DNA of 64,000 bases from an uncultured Burkholderia sp. Its GTDB lineage: Bacteria; Pseudomonadota; Gammaproteobacteria; Burkholderiales; Burkholderiaceae. Position numbers and translations under genes: made by a program. The stretch covers positions 2,962 through 66,961 of the forward strand of contig CAYRLJ010000003.1 of assembly GCA_964425025.1 (NCBI GenBank), written 5' to 3'. The notes under the pieces were generated by a model. It worked only from the letters and a program-made list of their open reading frames with translations, was not told the DNA's origin and did no database searches. Positions 18,728 to 28,409 of this stretch are shown piece after piece (positions within the stretch are counted from its first letter, which is position 1; each line of letters starts with the position of its first letter).

Positions 18728-19585
18728 TTAACGATCTGTCGCGGCGTCTTCATCGACGACGATGTTGCGCAATACGCCAAGTCCTTCGATCTCGACTTCG
18801 CATACGTCGCCGGCACGCATGATGAGCCGGGGCTCGCGTGCCCAGCCAATGCCAGCGGGGGTGCCGCTTACGATGACATCGCCGGCTTCGAGCGTGATCG
18901 CCTCGCTGATAACCGAGATGAGCGATGCGACGTCGTGCAGCAGGTCGCTCGTGTTCGCCGATTGCACGACCTGTCCATTCAGGCGCGTTTCGAGCTTGAG
19001 GCCCGCGCCGCCCGCGGGCAGCTCATCTGCGGTGACGAACATCGGGCCGAACGCGCCGGTGCCATCAAAGTTCTTGCCGACTGTCCATTGCGGCGACTTG
19101 AACTGGTATTCGCGCACGGATCCGTCATTGAAGATCGAATAACCCGCGACGCAGGAGAGCGCACGCTGTTTCGGAATATGACGGCCGCCGCTGCCGAGAA
19201 TGACGGCCAGCTCGCCTTCGAAATCCAGCGAATCGGAGATGCGCGGACGTATCATGGGCGCCTCGTGGCCAATCAGGCTCGAATTCAGGCGCGGGAAGAT
19301 CGTCGGATAGTCGGGCTGTTCATACGGGCTCTCCTTTGTGTGATCCGCGTAGTTGAGTCCGATGCAAAGCAGCTTGCCGGGGCGTGCGAGCGGCGGCAGA
19401 TACGTCACTGAGGCGCTCGAGAATTCCTCAGCGTCCGCGTGATGCGAAGCGCCCCAGGATGCGAGGTCGACGCCACGCGCGAGCAGATCGTCAAGCGTCG
19501 TTTCGCCGAGCGAGCGGATGGTCTTGCCCTGCACGACTCCGAGCAGCCGGCGACGGTTGTCGGGGGAAAAGTGGATGTACCGCAT
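18728..19585 (-). CDS. Fumarylacetoacetate hydrolase family protein
   Basis: CIGLNYADH, DFEGELAV, NDGSVR, GKNFD, SGTPAG. Confidence 0.93.
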   Translation of the reverse strand: MRYIHFSPDNRRRLLGVVQGKTIRSLGETTLDDLLARGVDLASWGASHHADAEEFSSASVTYLPPLARPGKLLCIGLNYADHTKESPYEQPDYPTIFPRLNSSLIGHEAPMIRPRISDSLDFEGELAVILGSGGRHIPKQRALSCVAGYSIFNDGSVREYQFKSPQWTVGKNFDGTGAFGPMFVTADELPAGGAGLKLETRLNGQVVQSANTSDLLHDVASLISVISEAITLEAGDVIVSGTPAGIGWAREPRLIMRAGDVCEVEIEGLGVLRNIVVDEDAATDR

Positions 19586-19760
19586 TGCATCTCCAGGTGT
19601 TGTCAGCTTGATGGCATGTCGAGGCTCGATGGAGGAAGAATAGAAATGGGCTGACGGCCGCGGTAGATCGCGCGGCCGTACAGAGTGTCCTGTCAAAGGA
19701 ACAATCGAAGAAGGCGTAATCGAAGCGGTCGGCTCAAGCCAGATATCGCGCGTAAAACGC

Positions 19761-20657
19761 TCACTCGTCTTTCTGAATGTGCATGGCGATGTAGTCGATC
19801 AGGAGCCGCACGGCCGGCAGCAGGCCTCTGCGTGAGGGAAAGACGGCATGAGCCAGTCCGCCCTTGGGCGCCCAGCCCGGCACCACATCAACTAGAGTGC
19901 CCTTTTCGAGCTCGTTTTCGACGACCATGTAGGGCAGCTGCACGACGCCCACGCCTTTCAGGGCGGCCTGGCGAAGCACGGTCATGTCGTCGGTGATGTA
20001 GCGCGGCGCGTGAGGCAAGCGCGCCTCGGCTCCGTCTGGGCCCACCAAAGCCCAGGCGTGATCGCGCTGCGGTCCCCAATCGAGGCTGGGCATGCCGGCG
20101 AGATCCGCCGGATGCACGATCTTGGCGTGCTGTTTCAGGAGCGCCGGAGCGGCAACGAGGCGCTGCGGGCTTCCGGAGAGCACACGCATGACGAGCCCGC
20201 TGTCTTCTAGCGGGGGGAAACGCACGCGCAGCGCAAGATCGAGCCCTTCGCTGAGGACATCGACCCGGCGATTGGTTGCATCGAGAAGGATCCGCACCTT
20301 CGGATATTGCATCATGAAGTCAGCCACGAGACCTCCGATGCGGTATTCGAGCAGCGTCGTAGGGCAACTCATGCGCACGACGCCCTGAGGTTCCGAAACC
20401 CTGCGCTCCATGACCTCGCGGGCCGCATCGGCTTCCACGAGCACCGCGACGCAGCGCTCGTAGAACTCTTGTCCTGTCTCCGTTACCGAGAAATGCCGCG
20501 TGGAGCGGTTGAGCAGGCGAACGCCGTATTTGGCTTCGAGTTCGGCGACGCGGCGGCTCAGCTTGGACTTGGGCATGTTGAGCGCCCGGCCTGCCTGCGT
20601 GAAACCGTGGTTTTCGACCACTTTCACGAAGTAGAAGATGTCGTTCAGGTCGTCCAT
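19761..20657 (-). CDS. LysR-family regulator (CrgA/DmlR-like)
   Basis: MDDLND..GFTQAGRAL..KSKLSRRVAELE..LLNRSTR. Confidence 0.93.
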   Translation of the reverse strand: MDDLNDIFYFVKVVENHGFTQAGRALNMPKSKLSRRVAELEAKYGVRLLNRSTRHFSVTETGQEFYERCVAVLVEADAAREVMERRVSEPQGVVRMSCPTTLLEYRIGGLVADFMMQYPKVRILLDATNRRVDVLSEGLDLALRVRFPPLEDSGLVMRVLSGSPQRLVAAPALLKQHAKIVHPADLAGMPSLDWGPQRDHAWALVGPDGAEARLPHAPRYITDDMTVLRQAALKGVGVVQLPYMVVENELEKGTLVDVVPGWAPKGGLAHAVFPSRRGLLPAVRLLIDYIAMHIQKDE

Positions 20658-20660
20658 TAC

Positions 20661-20737
20661 TGTTCCTCTGGCAGAACAATCACGACATCTTAGGGCAGGA
20701 TGCCAGCGATCGTCATTGTTCCTCCCATAGAACACAG
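20661..20737. promoter_or_regulatory. Two TGTTC-N8-GAACA dyads in the divergent LysR/hydrolase intergenic region
   Basis: TGTTCCTCTGGCAGAACA (20661-20678) and TGTTCCTCCCATAGAACA (20717-20734). Confidence 0.6.
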
Positions 20738-20865
20738 TCGGCATTATTCGGGGCTTTAAGCCGGTGTGTCGCCGACATAGGATTGAAGTGCATCCAGATC
20801 CGATGCGCCACGCCTCGATCCTCAGGATCCCACTTTCACTTCCTGCACTGTTTCTGGAGACAACC

Positions 20866-21504
20866 ATGACAAGCGAACCCATTCGCGACCCCGCGAATGA
20901 TCATCTGCTCACCCCGCAGAACGCGGCATTCATCGTCATCGATTACCAGCCGGTCCAGGTGAATTCCATCGCGTCGATGGACCGCCAACTGCTGGTCAAC
21001 AACATTGTGGGTGCCGCCAAGGCCGCAGTCGCCTACAAGCTGCCGATCGTCCATTCGACGGTCAACGTGAAGACGGGGCTGAACAAGCCGCCTATCCCGC
21101 AACTGCGCGCCGCGCTTGGCGACTATCCGACGTACGACCGCACCAGCATCAACTCGTGGGAAGACGTCGAATTCCGCAAGGCCGTCGAGGCAACCGGTCG
21201 CAAGAAGCTGATCATGACGGCGCTCTGGACGGAAGCCTGCCTCACGTTCCCGGCGCTCGACGCGCTGAAGGCCGGCTACGAGGTCTATGTGGTCGCCGAT
21301 GCGGTCGGCGGCACGTCCGTTGCGGCGCACGAAGCCGCATTGCGCCGTATCGAACAGGCAGGCGGCAAGATGATCAGTGTCGCCCAGCTGTTCTGCGAGT
21401 TGCAACGTGACTGGGCGCGCAGCGAAACCGTCCCGGCATTTATCAGCTTGTTCATCGAAACCGGCGGCACGGCCGGCATCCAGTTCTCGTACGACAAAAA
21501 CTGA
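20866..21504 (+). CDS. Isochorismatase-family hydrolase (YcaC-like)
   Basis: IDYQP, RTSINSWED, ALWTEAC. Confidence 0.9.
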   Translation: MTSEPIRDPANDHLLTPQNAAFIVIDYQPVQVNSIASMDRQLLVNNIVGAAKAAVAYKLPIVHSTVNVKTGLNKPPIPQLRAALGDYPTYDRTSINSWEDVEFRKAVEATGRKKLIMTALWTEACLTFPALDALKAGYEVYVVADAVGGTSVAAHEAALRRIEQAGGKMISVAQLFCELQRDWARSETVPAFISLFIETGGTAGIQFSYDKN

Positions 21505-21600
21505 CGTGTCGCGCGCGCGGCCGGTTGCGGTACCCGCCCGCGCGCATACGCCATGTCCGACGAATGTCGAGGCATCGTCGACGACGGGGAATCGATCATC

Positions 21601-22720
21601 ATGAAGAGACAGGGCGCGCTGCCAAGTCTGGCAGTCTGCCTCACCGCGGCATTCTTCCATGCCGACGTGTACGCCCAGGGTAGTGTCACATTGCAGGGCA
21701 TGATCGATGGCGGTGTGACCTATGTGAACAACCAGCATGGTGGCTCGGTGACGCAGTTCGACAGCGGGATCTTTGCACCGAACGTCCTGACGTTCAGCGC
21801 GAGCGAAGATCTTGGCGGTGGAACGACGGCCATATTCAATCTGACTTCGCAGTTCGATCTCGGCAGCGGCGCAGCCATCCCGGGCGCCGGCAAGATCTTC
21901 AATCGCACGTCATACGTGGGGCTGTCCGATGAGCGGCTTGGTGCCATCACGTTTGGCAACCAGTACGACTTCATGTTCGACATGTTGACGCTCGGGCTCT
22001 TCGACGGTGCGTTCCTGTTTGGCGGGCTTCATGATTTTCGCCAGGGACCATTCAGCGCGCTCGGCGTACCGCAAAATCCGACTGGCTCGTTTGATTTTGA
22101 CCGCTTGGCCGGCGCAACGCGTGTGGCGAACGCGGTCAAGTATCGCAGCCCAACCTTCGCCGGATTCAGCTTTGGCGCGCTGTATGGTTTTGGCGGCATT
22201 GCGGGTTCGTTCTCCGCCAATTCGACGATCAGTGCAGGAATGAACTACGAGAGCGGTCCGCTTGCAGACCGGGGTCGCGTACATCGACGCCAAATATCCC
22301 GAGCTCGACAACGGTCACGAAGGAATTCGAAACTTTGGGGCCGGCGCGCATTACAGGTTCGGCAGCGTGCTGGCCATGCTGCTGTACACGAATACAAAGA
22401 ATACGGCGAGCGGGGCAAGGATCGATGTCTACAAGGCGGGCACATATTGGACGATCTCGCGTGTTTGGTCGGCAGGACTCGACTACCAGTACATGAAGGG
22501 AAACGAGGTGCTCGAGAACAACAAGGCTCACCAGATCACCGCAGCGGTGCAATACCACTTTTCGAAGACAACGATGGCGTACGTCGAGGCCGTCTATCAG
22601 CGTGCGAGCGGCGACGCCGAAACGACCCAAGCATGGATCAATGGGTTGCTTCAACCCGACGCGGCAGCAAGCAACCATTTACAGACACTGGCGCGCATCG
22701 GTTTGCAGACGAAATTCTGA
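21601..22720 (+). pseudogene. Frameshifted Gram-negative (Burkholderia-type) porin
   Basis: Signal peptide plus AQGSVTLQG..EDLGGG in one frame; continues as GVAYIDAKY..YHFSKTT..GLQTKF (terminal Phe) in the next frame from ~22265. Confidence 0.85.
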
Positions 22721-22789
22721 CCGGCGCGGTGCGGACGAGTGTGCCGGCTGTCAGTTCGTCACGCATCAACACGACCGTGAACGCGACCC

Positions 22790-22812
22790 ATTGTTCTATC
22801 AATGAGACACAG
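22790..22812 (+). promoter_or_regulatory. Third copy of the LysR-type dyad, upstream of pirin
   Basis: ATTGTTCTATCAATGAGACACAG aligns with ATTGTTCCTCCCATAGAACACAG at 20715. Confidence 0.5.
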
Positions 22813-22904
22813 AGGACAGTTCCCACCCTCTACCGCCGTCATCGTCGCGCGACTACCCTGTATTCACACAACCACGGCCGCGGGCCGTTGAACAGGAACA
22901 TACG

Positions 22905-23801
22905 ATGATGAAAAAGATTCTCGGCGCATACAGCAACGCTAACGCACATTGGGTCGGTGACGGTTTTCCCGTGCGCACGCTATTCTCGCATCACACCATG
23001 GGCCGTCACTTGAGCCCGTTTCTGATGCTCGACTACGCTGGACCGAAAAGCTTCTCGCCGACAGGCCGCCGACTGGGCGTTGGGCAGCATCCGCATCGTG
23101 GTTTCGAAACCGTGACCATCGTGTACGAGGGCGAACTGGAACACCTCGACTCAACGGGTAGCGGTGGCCAGATCGGCCCCGGCGACGTGCAGTGGATGAC
23201 GGCGGGCGCTGGCATTCTGCATGAGGAGTTCCACTCGCGCGCGTTTGCGAAAACAGGCGGGACGCTCGAGATGGTCCAGCTCTGGGTGAATCTTCCAGCG
23301 CAGCACAAGATGACGGCCCCCGGCTATCAAAGCATCGTGGCCAGCCAGATTCCGTCAGTCGACTTGCCGGCAGGCGCAGGACACGTGCGGGTGATCGCAG
23401 GCAACTTCGCAGGCAAGGCGGGGCCAGCGCACACCTTCACGCCGATGGACGTCTGGGATGTGCGGCTCAGCGGAGGACGCGGTGCAACGCTGACGCTGCC
23501 GGCGGCCCGTACGCTCGCGCTCGTTGTGCTGCGCGGTCAGGTCTGTGTCAACGGCGACGAGCGAGTCATCAGCGATGCGCAACTGGTTCTGCTTGCGCAA
23601 GAGGGCACCGACGTTCAGCTTGACGCCATCAGCGATGCAGTCGTCCTGGTGTTGAGTGGCGAGCCCATCGACGAACCCGTTGCGGCGTATGGCCCGTTTG
23701 TCATGAACACGTCCGAAGAAATTCTCCAGGCGGTAGAGGATTTCAACAGTGGGCGTTTTGGACGTATGGCAGCGACGGAGCAGCACACCATGGCGCAGTA
23801 A
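22905..23801 (+). CDS. Pirin family protein
   Basis: HWVGDGF, HPHRGFETVT, QWMTAGAGILHEE, QLWVNLP, YGPFVMN. Confidence 0.95.
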   Translation: MMKKILGAYSNANAHWVGDGFPVRTLFSHHTMGRHLSPFLMLDYAGPKSFSPTGRRLGVGQHPHRGFETVTIVYEGELEHLDSTGSGGQIGPGDVQWMTAGAGILHEEFHSRAFAKTGGTLEMVQLWVNLPAQHKMTAPGYQSIVASQIPSVDLPAGAGHVRVIAGNFAGKAGPAHTFTPMDVWDVRLSGGRGATLTLPAARTLALVVLRGQVCVNGDERVISDAQLVLLAQEGTDVQLDAISDAVVLVLSGEPIDEPVAAYGPFVMNTSEEILQAVEDFNSGRFGRMAATEQHTMAQ

Positions 23802-23976
23802 GCGTCGCCAAAGCATCGGAAGTCCTTCCATTCCCGACGCCGAACGGCGCATGAAGAAATTGGGCGGGCAGCGCAGGGGCGAGAGCTTGCCCGTTGTGAA
23901 AAACTCGCTTTTTCGCGCGCCGAACCGTCAATTGCGGTGATGTGAGTCGGGCGGTTGGTCAACGACTTCCGTGTCC

Positions 23977-24144
23977 GATGAGTGTTTCCGGGGGAGGAGC
24001 CGACGTTTGAACGACCCATCGACGCGACGAACGAGCGTCGCTTCATGGACGAACCCGGTCGAATCACCGATCTGCGGCAAGCCAACCGCCGTCGGGCTCG
24101 GTCGCCCCCCAGCGACGGCTGACCTCCCCTGAAGCCGACATCCG
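23977..24144. repeat. Inverted pair of degenerate ~31 bp palindromic sites (C, D)
   Basis: GATGAGTGTTTCCGGGGGAGGAGCCGACGTT (23977-24007) and AGCGACGGCTGACCTCCCCTGAAGCCGACATC (24111-24142); complementary cores GGGGAGG/CCTCCCC; CCGACATCCG is shared exactly with 15894-15903. Confidence 0.45.
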
Positions 24145-24168
24145 CCCTACATCGGGACTTTTCAAGCC

Positions 24169-24678
24169 TCAGGCCTTCGCCGATCCCGGCAAGCCGGGGC
24201 GCCGTTTCATACTGCTGAGAAGAAGTACGACCACTCCGAGCGAAATCCCAACGTCTGCAGCGTTAAATATGCCTGTTCGCAAATGCCCGATGCCCACGTT
24301 CAAGAAATCGAAAACCCGGCCATCATAGACACAACGATCGATCAAATTGCCAACTCCGCCGCCCAGAATGCAGGCAATCGCAATCACTTCTACACGGCCC
24401 AGCCTGGACGAGCGCACCAGCCATCCGAACAGTCCCGCCAAAATCGCGAGAACACCGTATATGAAGACAAGATTTCGAGTCGAATCGGACATTTCAGCCC
24501 CGAAGCTCAGGAACGCTCCGTGGTTATAAGTTGGAAGAACCAGAAGGCCTCCGGCAAGAAGCGACACCACCTCGCCGGGCGCCAATATTTGCTTGAACAA
24601 TGCCTTGGTCGACTGGTCGATGATGACCCAGACAAGCGCGCCAACGAGCGCAGTAGTAAGTCTCTGGTTGGTTGTCAT
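24169..24678 (-). CDS. lspA: Lipoprotein signal peptidase II (accessory copy)
   Basis: DQSTK, NHGAFLS, GNLIDR, VFDFL, FNAAD catalytic motifs. Confidence 0.9.
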   Translation of the reverse strand: MTTNQRLTTALVGALVWVIIDQSTKALFKQILAPGEVVSLLAGGLLVLPTYNHGAFLSFGAEMSDSTRNLVFIYGVLAILAGLFGWLVRSSRLGRVEVIAIACILGGGVGNLIDRCVYDGRVFDFLNVGIGHLRTGIFNAADVGISLGVVVLLLSSMKRRPGLPGSAKA

Positions 24679-24757
24679 GAAATGGTCTGTAGACGGGCAG
24701 GAGCATATTCTATCCACCCTTGGATGCAGCGGATCGACGATCTACGCACTAACGTCG

Positions 24758-24893
24758 ATCGGCCGATCTTGGCCGACCTCCGACCGACGACGCCCTCGCA
24801 CCGTGCCCGGTCCGGCGGACGGCACGCGTCGACCCCTTTGAGCCATTCGGAAACGGCCCACCACGGTCTGCTTGTAACCAGATATGAGTCGCC
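24758..24893. repeat. Cluster of degenerate ~30 bp palindromic sites (E, F, weak G)
   Basis: ATCGGCCGATCTTGGCCGACCTCCGACCGA (24758-24787), GACGGCACGCGTCGACCCCTTTGAGCCATT (24818-24847), ACGGTCTGCTTGTAACCAGATATGAGTCGCC (24863-24893). Confidence 0.4.
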
Positions 24894-24980
24894 CGGACCT
24901 GTCCAGTTCAGGAAACAGCAATGACCGGTCGGTGTCGGCATCGTGGATTTCCTCACGCACCGCATTGCCCGGTCGATAAG

Positions 24981-25499
24981 CTACTTACCGGACCGCAGGA
25001 GTTCCGAAAGTTGAGTCACTGCGGCATCGGCGATGCCGAGCTTCGCTAATTGCTCATTTATCTGTTCGACATAGTCGGAGCACGCGCCACTTGTACCATG
25101 TGCCTGCCGGATGGACGCGACAAGTTCTTGCATTGTTTTCGCCGACAGGATGTTCTTGCCCGTGTACAGCGGCACCATCGCCTGAGTTTGCTGAAAATCT
25201 TGCAGAGCTATGTCCAGACCACGGAGCTTGAAGTCCTTTCCTTCTCGTTTCACGAGATAAGCTTCAACCTCGGCTCGCCGCGCGTCCTGAAATTCGAATG
25301 CGATGCCTACGCATACGGCGCCAGCATCGGGTTCCAGATTAAGCGTTGGGCAGGGGCAGTCCTGCGTACCCCAATTCAATACCGATGCTTTGCTAAAGAC
25401 GCGTCGATATCCCCAAAGTTCGGCCACGACGCGCTGTATGCATCCGTATTGCTTTTCCCATCCATCCGTCATCAGCGATCCGTAGCCGAAAACCCACAT
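24981..25499 (-). CDS. ChaC-like gamma-glutamylcyclotransferase
   Basis: MWVFGYGSLM GGCT-fold signature; GT...P..TL motif; YL.KRE (catalytic Glu position); G.SG...DY; RBS AGAGGA. Confidence 0.88.
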   Translation of the reverse strand: MWVFGYGSLMTDGWEKQYGCIQRVVAELWGYRRVFSKASVLNWGTQDCPCPTLNLEPDAGAVCVGIAFEFQDARRAEVEAYLVKREGKDFKLRGLDIALQDFQQTQAMVPLYTGKNILSAKTMQELVASIRQAHGTSGACSDYVEQINEQLAKLGIADAAVTQLSELLRSGK

Positions 25500-25522
25500 G
25501 ACGTTTTCCTCTATTGAATCGG

Positions 25523-28165
25523 TTAACTGAATACAGTAGTGGCGCTTGGCCTAGCTTTTTCCCACTCCTTACGGGCTTTGCTGTAGTCTGCCTTGATGCT
25601 CTCGAACAGAATCAACTCATTTGCCGCTAGGTCAAGTGTCAGCGGCACTTCGTGGAAATCCTGCGAATGGGAGTGGGCATCGATGTATCGCGACAGCACG
25701 GCCATACGTTCATGGACACGAGCCGCGATACTTTCATCGAAGAAGACCTGATCGAGTGTGAACGTAATGTTCTCGCGCCATCGTCGTACGACATTATTGA
25801 ACAGCTTTTTCTGAATAAAATCCTCATAGGCGGTTCGCAGACTGCCGCACGCCTTCTCAAGGGCGTCGCGCTGCACATCACCCGTCAAGGTCTTGGCGGA
25901 ATCGGCATACTTTTTAGCACGGTCATACGCGGCGCCCTCGTAGTACTCGTGCGGGAAAGCCAGCCGGTCGATGGCACCTGGCGTATCTGCGTCGTCACGC
26001 CAGATTGTCCGGCCGGCGAACGCCACGCCCCTTTCCTCGGCCGCGGTAGCCAAGTAGTTCGTGAACAGAATATCGTGAGTGAACACTATGACCTGCCGCC
26101 GCGTAGCCTCGTCCACAAGCCGCTGAGCAATCGATTCTTTGCGCACATGATCCATAGAAGTCACAGGATCATCAAACACCACTCCGGCGCAGGAGCCGTT
26201 GAGCTCCATCTCCGTCAGAAAATCTGCCAGGGATGCGGCGGTCTGCTCGCCTTCGCTTAACACTTCGGATGGGTCAATCTCATTTGCGGCAGCGCTCGCG
26301 ATCTCGATCTTCCGGTCGGTCGTTCCGGCATCGCCCGCGAAGCGGAATTGCACCGGCAGCGTCAATCGCAGCGCTTCACAGTTGGCCGTGAAGCGCGCGA
26401 TGAAGTCCTTCGCGATCAGTTCCTTCGCCAAAGTCTTTTGCTTGCTCGTGACTTCGCGCTGGATAACCGAAAAGGCCCGAACACATTGTTCAGCCTTCGC
26501 CACCCATTTCAGGTCCTCAACGACGGCGGCGATGGCTTGGTACCGCTCAGCAAGCAGCTTGCGATCGCTAAGCAGTTGTTTCTCCGACGAAAGCTGTTCA
26601 ATCAGAGCTTTGGGATCGGTCAACTGCAGTTTTTGGTTGTCCTGTTCCAAGCGCTCTATCTGCGCTGTGACACGCCCGGAGACGGGATCACATTCCAGCA
26701 AGGAGAATTCCGGAAAGAATTCGGTTGTCACCGCTCGTGTCAAAGCTTCAACGACAAGCTTGTACCCATCCACCTGACTTGCAATGTCCGCTTCCAGTGC
26801 GAGGTCCAGTTCCAGCAACGTTCGTCGAGCCGCGCTGTCGGCGGCGAAGAACTCCAGCCCAACTTTGCTCAGTGCCACGCTATAAGCCTTGAGCTCGCGT
26901 CGGGCGCTTGCTAGCTGTGTCTCAGTGTCGCTGGTGACCATCCGATAGAAGCGTGCCAGCCGGTCAGCACTGTCGTCGTCGAGCACTTGATGACACAGTA
27001 CGCACCGCGCCCCGTCAGCTTTAGATGGAAATGCGTCGCCGGGGTAGGCCTCGTCGTTGTACGCAATCGCAGCAGACAGCAGATCGCGCCACGCGGGAGT
27101 TCCAACCGGCTGAACCGGCTCGCCGCCGAACTGGACTGCGGACAACGCAGTCCCCTTTTCGACAAGTGCAAGAATATTGCCTACTGTGTCACCAACATTC
27201 TTCACGAGAGCTGGCGTCACAGTTGCCGCTAAGGCTGCAAGCGACACCTTCACCGCATTTAAATCGACGACACGCTGCTCATTCTTCTTGACAATCTCCT
27301 TTGGGTCAGTGGTCCTCAGTTCGATGAGCTGCTTCTCGATCTCTTTCAGCCGGACTTCCTCGATGTCGCCAAATACAGCGAGTTCCTTCAGCCGAACCAG
27401 ATTAGTCAGCGAGGTGATAGATTTAAGCGCTATCGCCACTTCCGAGGTACTGCCCTCGATTGCGAACTTGTCTGCCGATGGCATACGTTGTGTGATCTCG
27501 GCAAGCAATTTACTCTGCAGTTTGCCGAAGACCGCAACCATCCGCGGGAAAACGTCAAACAGGTAGGGCATCACATGGAAGGTATTGCGCTCATCCAGAT
27601 GCACTCGGACGCAGGTCGAGTCGAAGACGGCAAAACCGTCCCGTAGCCGTTCGCACGCTTCGCGATAAACAAAGGCAATGCTGGAACCGTCGTCGAAAGA
27701 AAACGTCGCGGTTGGCTTCGGCTGTTTATTCCTTGCAAGTTTCACATCGCCCAGAATTCCGGTGTCTTTTGAGCGTGTAAAACAGGCCGATTTCAGTACC
27801 CGAGCATATCCGGACTTGCCCGCGCCATTGGGGCCGTAGATTACTGTTAGCTTGGGGCCGAAAGTCAGCGTCTCGCCGGTCAGCAGCGCATTGACCCCAG
27901 ACATGCCTGCCATTGCCGTCAACGTACTGGTTACTGAAGGCTCACCGTCGTTGAGCTCTGGCAACGCCATGTCCCATGTTGGGCGTTCCGCGTCGGCAGG
28001 TGCAAGTTTCTGGTCGATGAGGTACTGGGCGAATACTTGGTCGATGGTTTCGTCGGTCAGTTCGACCGTTGCAACCAACTTGCTCAAGAGCAGACGCTGC
28101 CAGGCGGGAAGCGATTTGCCCCACGCTGACAGCGCCTCAAACACGTTGAACATTGCTTGGGGCAT
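25523..28165 (-). CDS. Rad50/RloC-like ABC ATPase with zinc hook and C-terminal HEPN-like motif
   Basis: 880 aa from ATG 28165; Walker A GPNGAGKS, coiled coil with CVLCHQ hook, signature LSEGEQ, Walker B FDDPVTSMD, FTHD; C-terminal RYIDAHSH (Rx4H). Confidence 0.8.
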   Translation of the reverse strand: MPQAMFNVFEALSAWGKSLPAWQRLLLSKLVATVELTDETIDQVFAQYLIDQKLAPADAERPTWDMALPELNDGEPSVTSTLTAMAGMSGVNALLTGETLTFGPKLTVIYGPNGAGKSGYARVLKSACFTRSKDTGILGDVKLARNKQPKPTATFSFDDGSSIAFVYREACERLRDGFAVFDSTCVRVHLDERNTFHVMPYLFDVFPRMVAVFGKLQSKLLAEITQRMPSADKFAIEGSTSEVAIALKSITSLTNLVRLKELAVFGDIEEVRLKEIEKQLIELRTTDPKEIVKKNEQRVVDLNAVKVSLAALAATVTPALVKNVGDTVGNILALVEKGTALSAVQFGGEPVQPVGTPAWRDLLSAAIAYNDEAYPGDAFPSKADGARCVLCHQVLDDDSADRLARFYRMVTSDTETQLASARRELKAYSVALSKVGLEFFAADSAARRTLLELDLALEADIASQVDGYKLVVEALTRAVTTEFFPEFSLLECDPVSGRVTAQIERLEQDNQKLQLTDPKALIEQLSSEKQLLSDRKLLAERYQAIAAVVEDLKWVAKAEQCVRAFSVIQREVTSKQKTLAKELIAKDFIARFTANCEALRLTLPVQFRFAGDAGTTDRKIEIASAAANEIDPSEVLSEGEQTAASLADFLTEMELNGSCAGVVFDDPVTSMDHVRKESIAQRLVDEATRRQVIVFTHDILFTNYLATAAEERGVAFAGRTIWRDDADTPGAIDRLAFPHEYYEGAAYDRAKKYADSAKTLTGDVQRDALEKACGSLRTAYEDFIQKKLFNNVVRRWRENITFTLDQVFFDESIAARVHERMAVLSRYIDAHSHSQDFHEVPLTLDLAANELILFESIKADYSKARKEWEKARPSATTVFS

Positions 28166-28409
28166 GGCTTTTCCTTCAGTCTTGGCTGCCACCGGCTGAG
28201 GCCCGCGTACTCCTACCAAATATTATTAGACCATTCGACCTCGCAGGAATCAATCGCAACGGTGAGTCGAAAGTAAAAAGCGCGGTTCATGCCAGTTCGC
28301 CCAAGCAACTGATTGCGCAATCATGTGCGATTTGCCCACTTCACGGTCTTTGTAAGAGATTTGTCAGTGAAGAATGCAGGCGCGGGCGGCGGAGACGCCG
28401 CTATCGACG

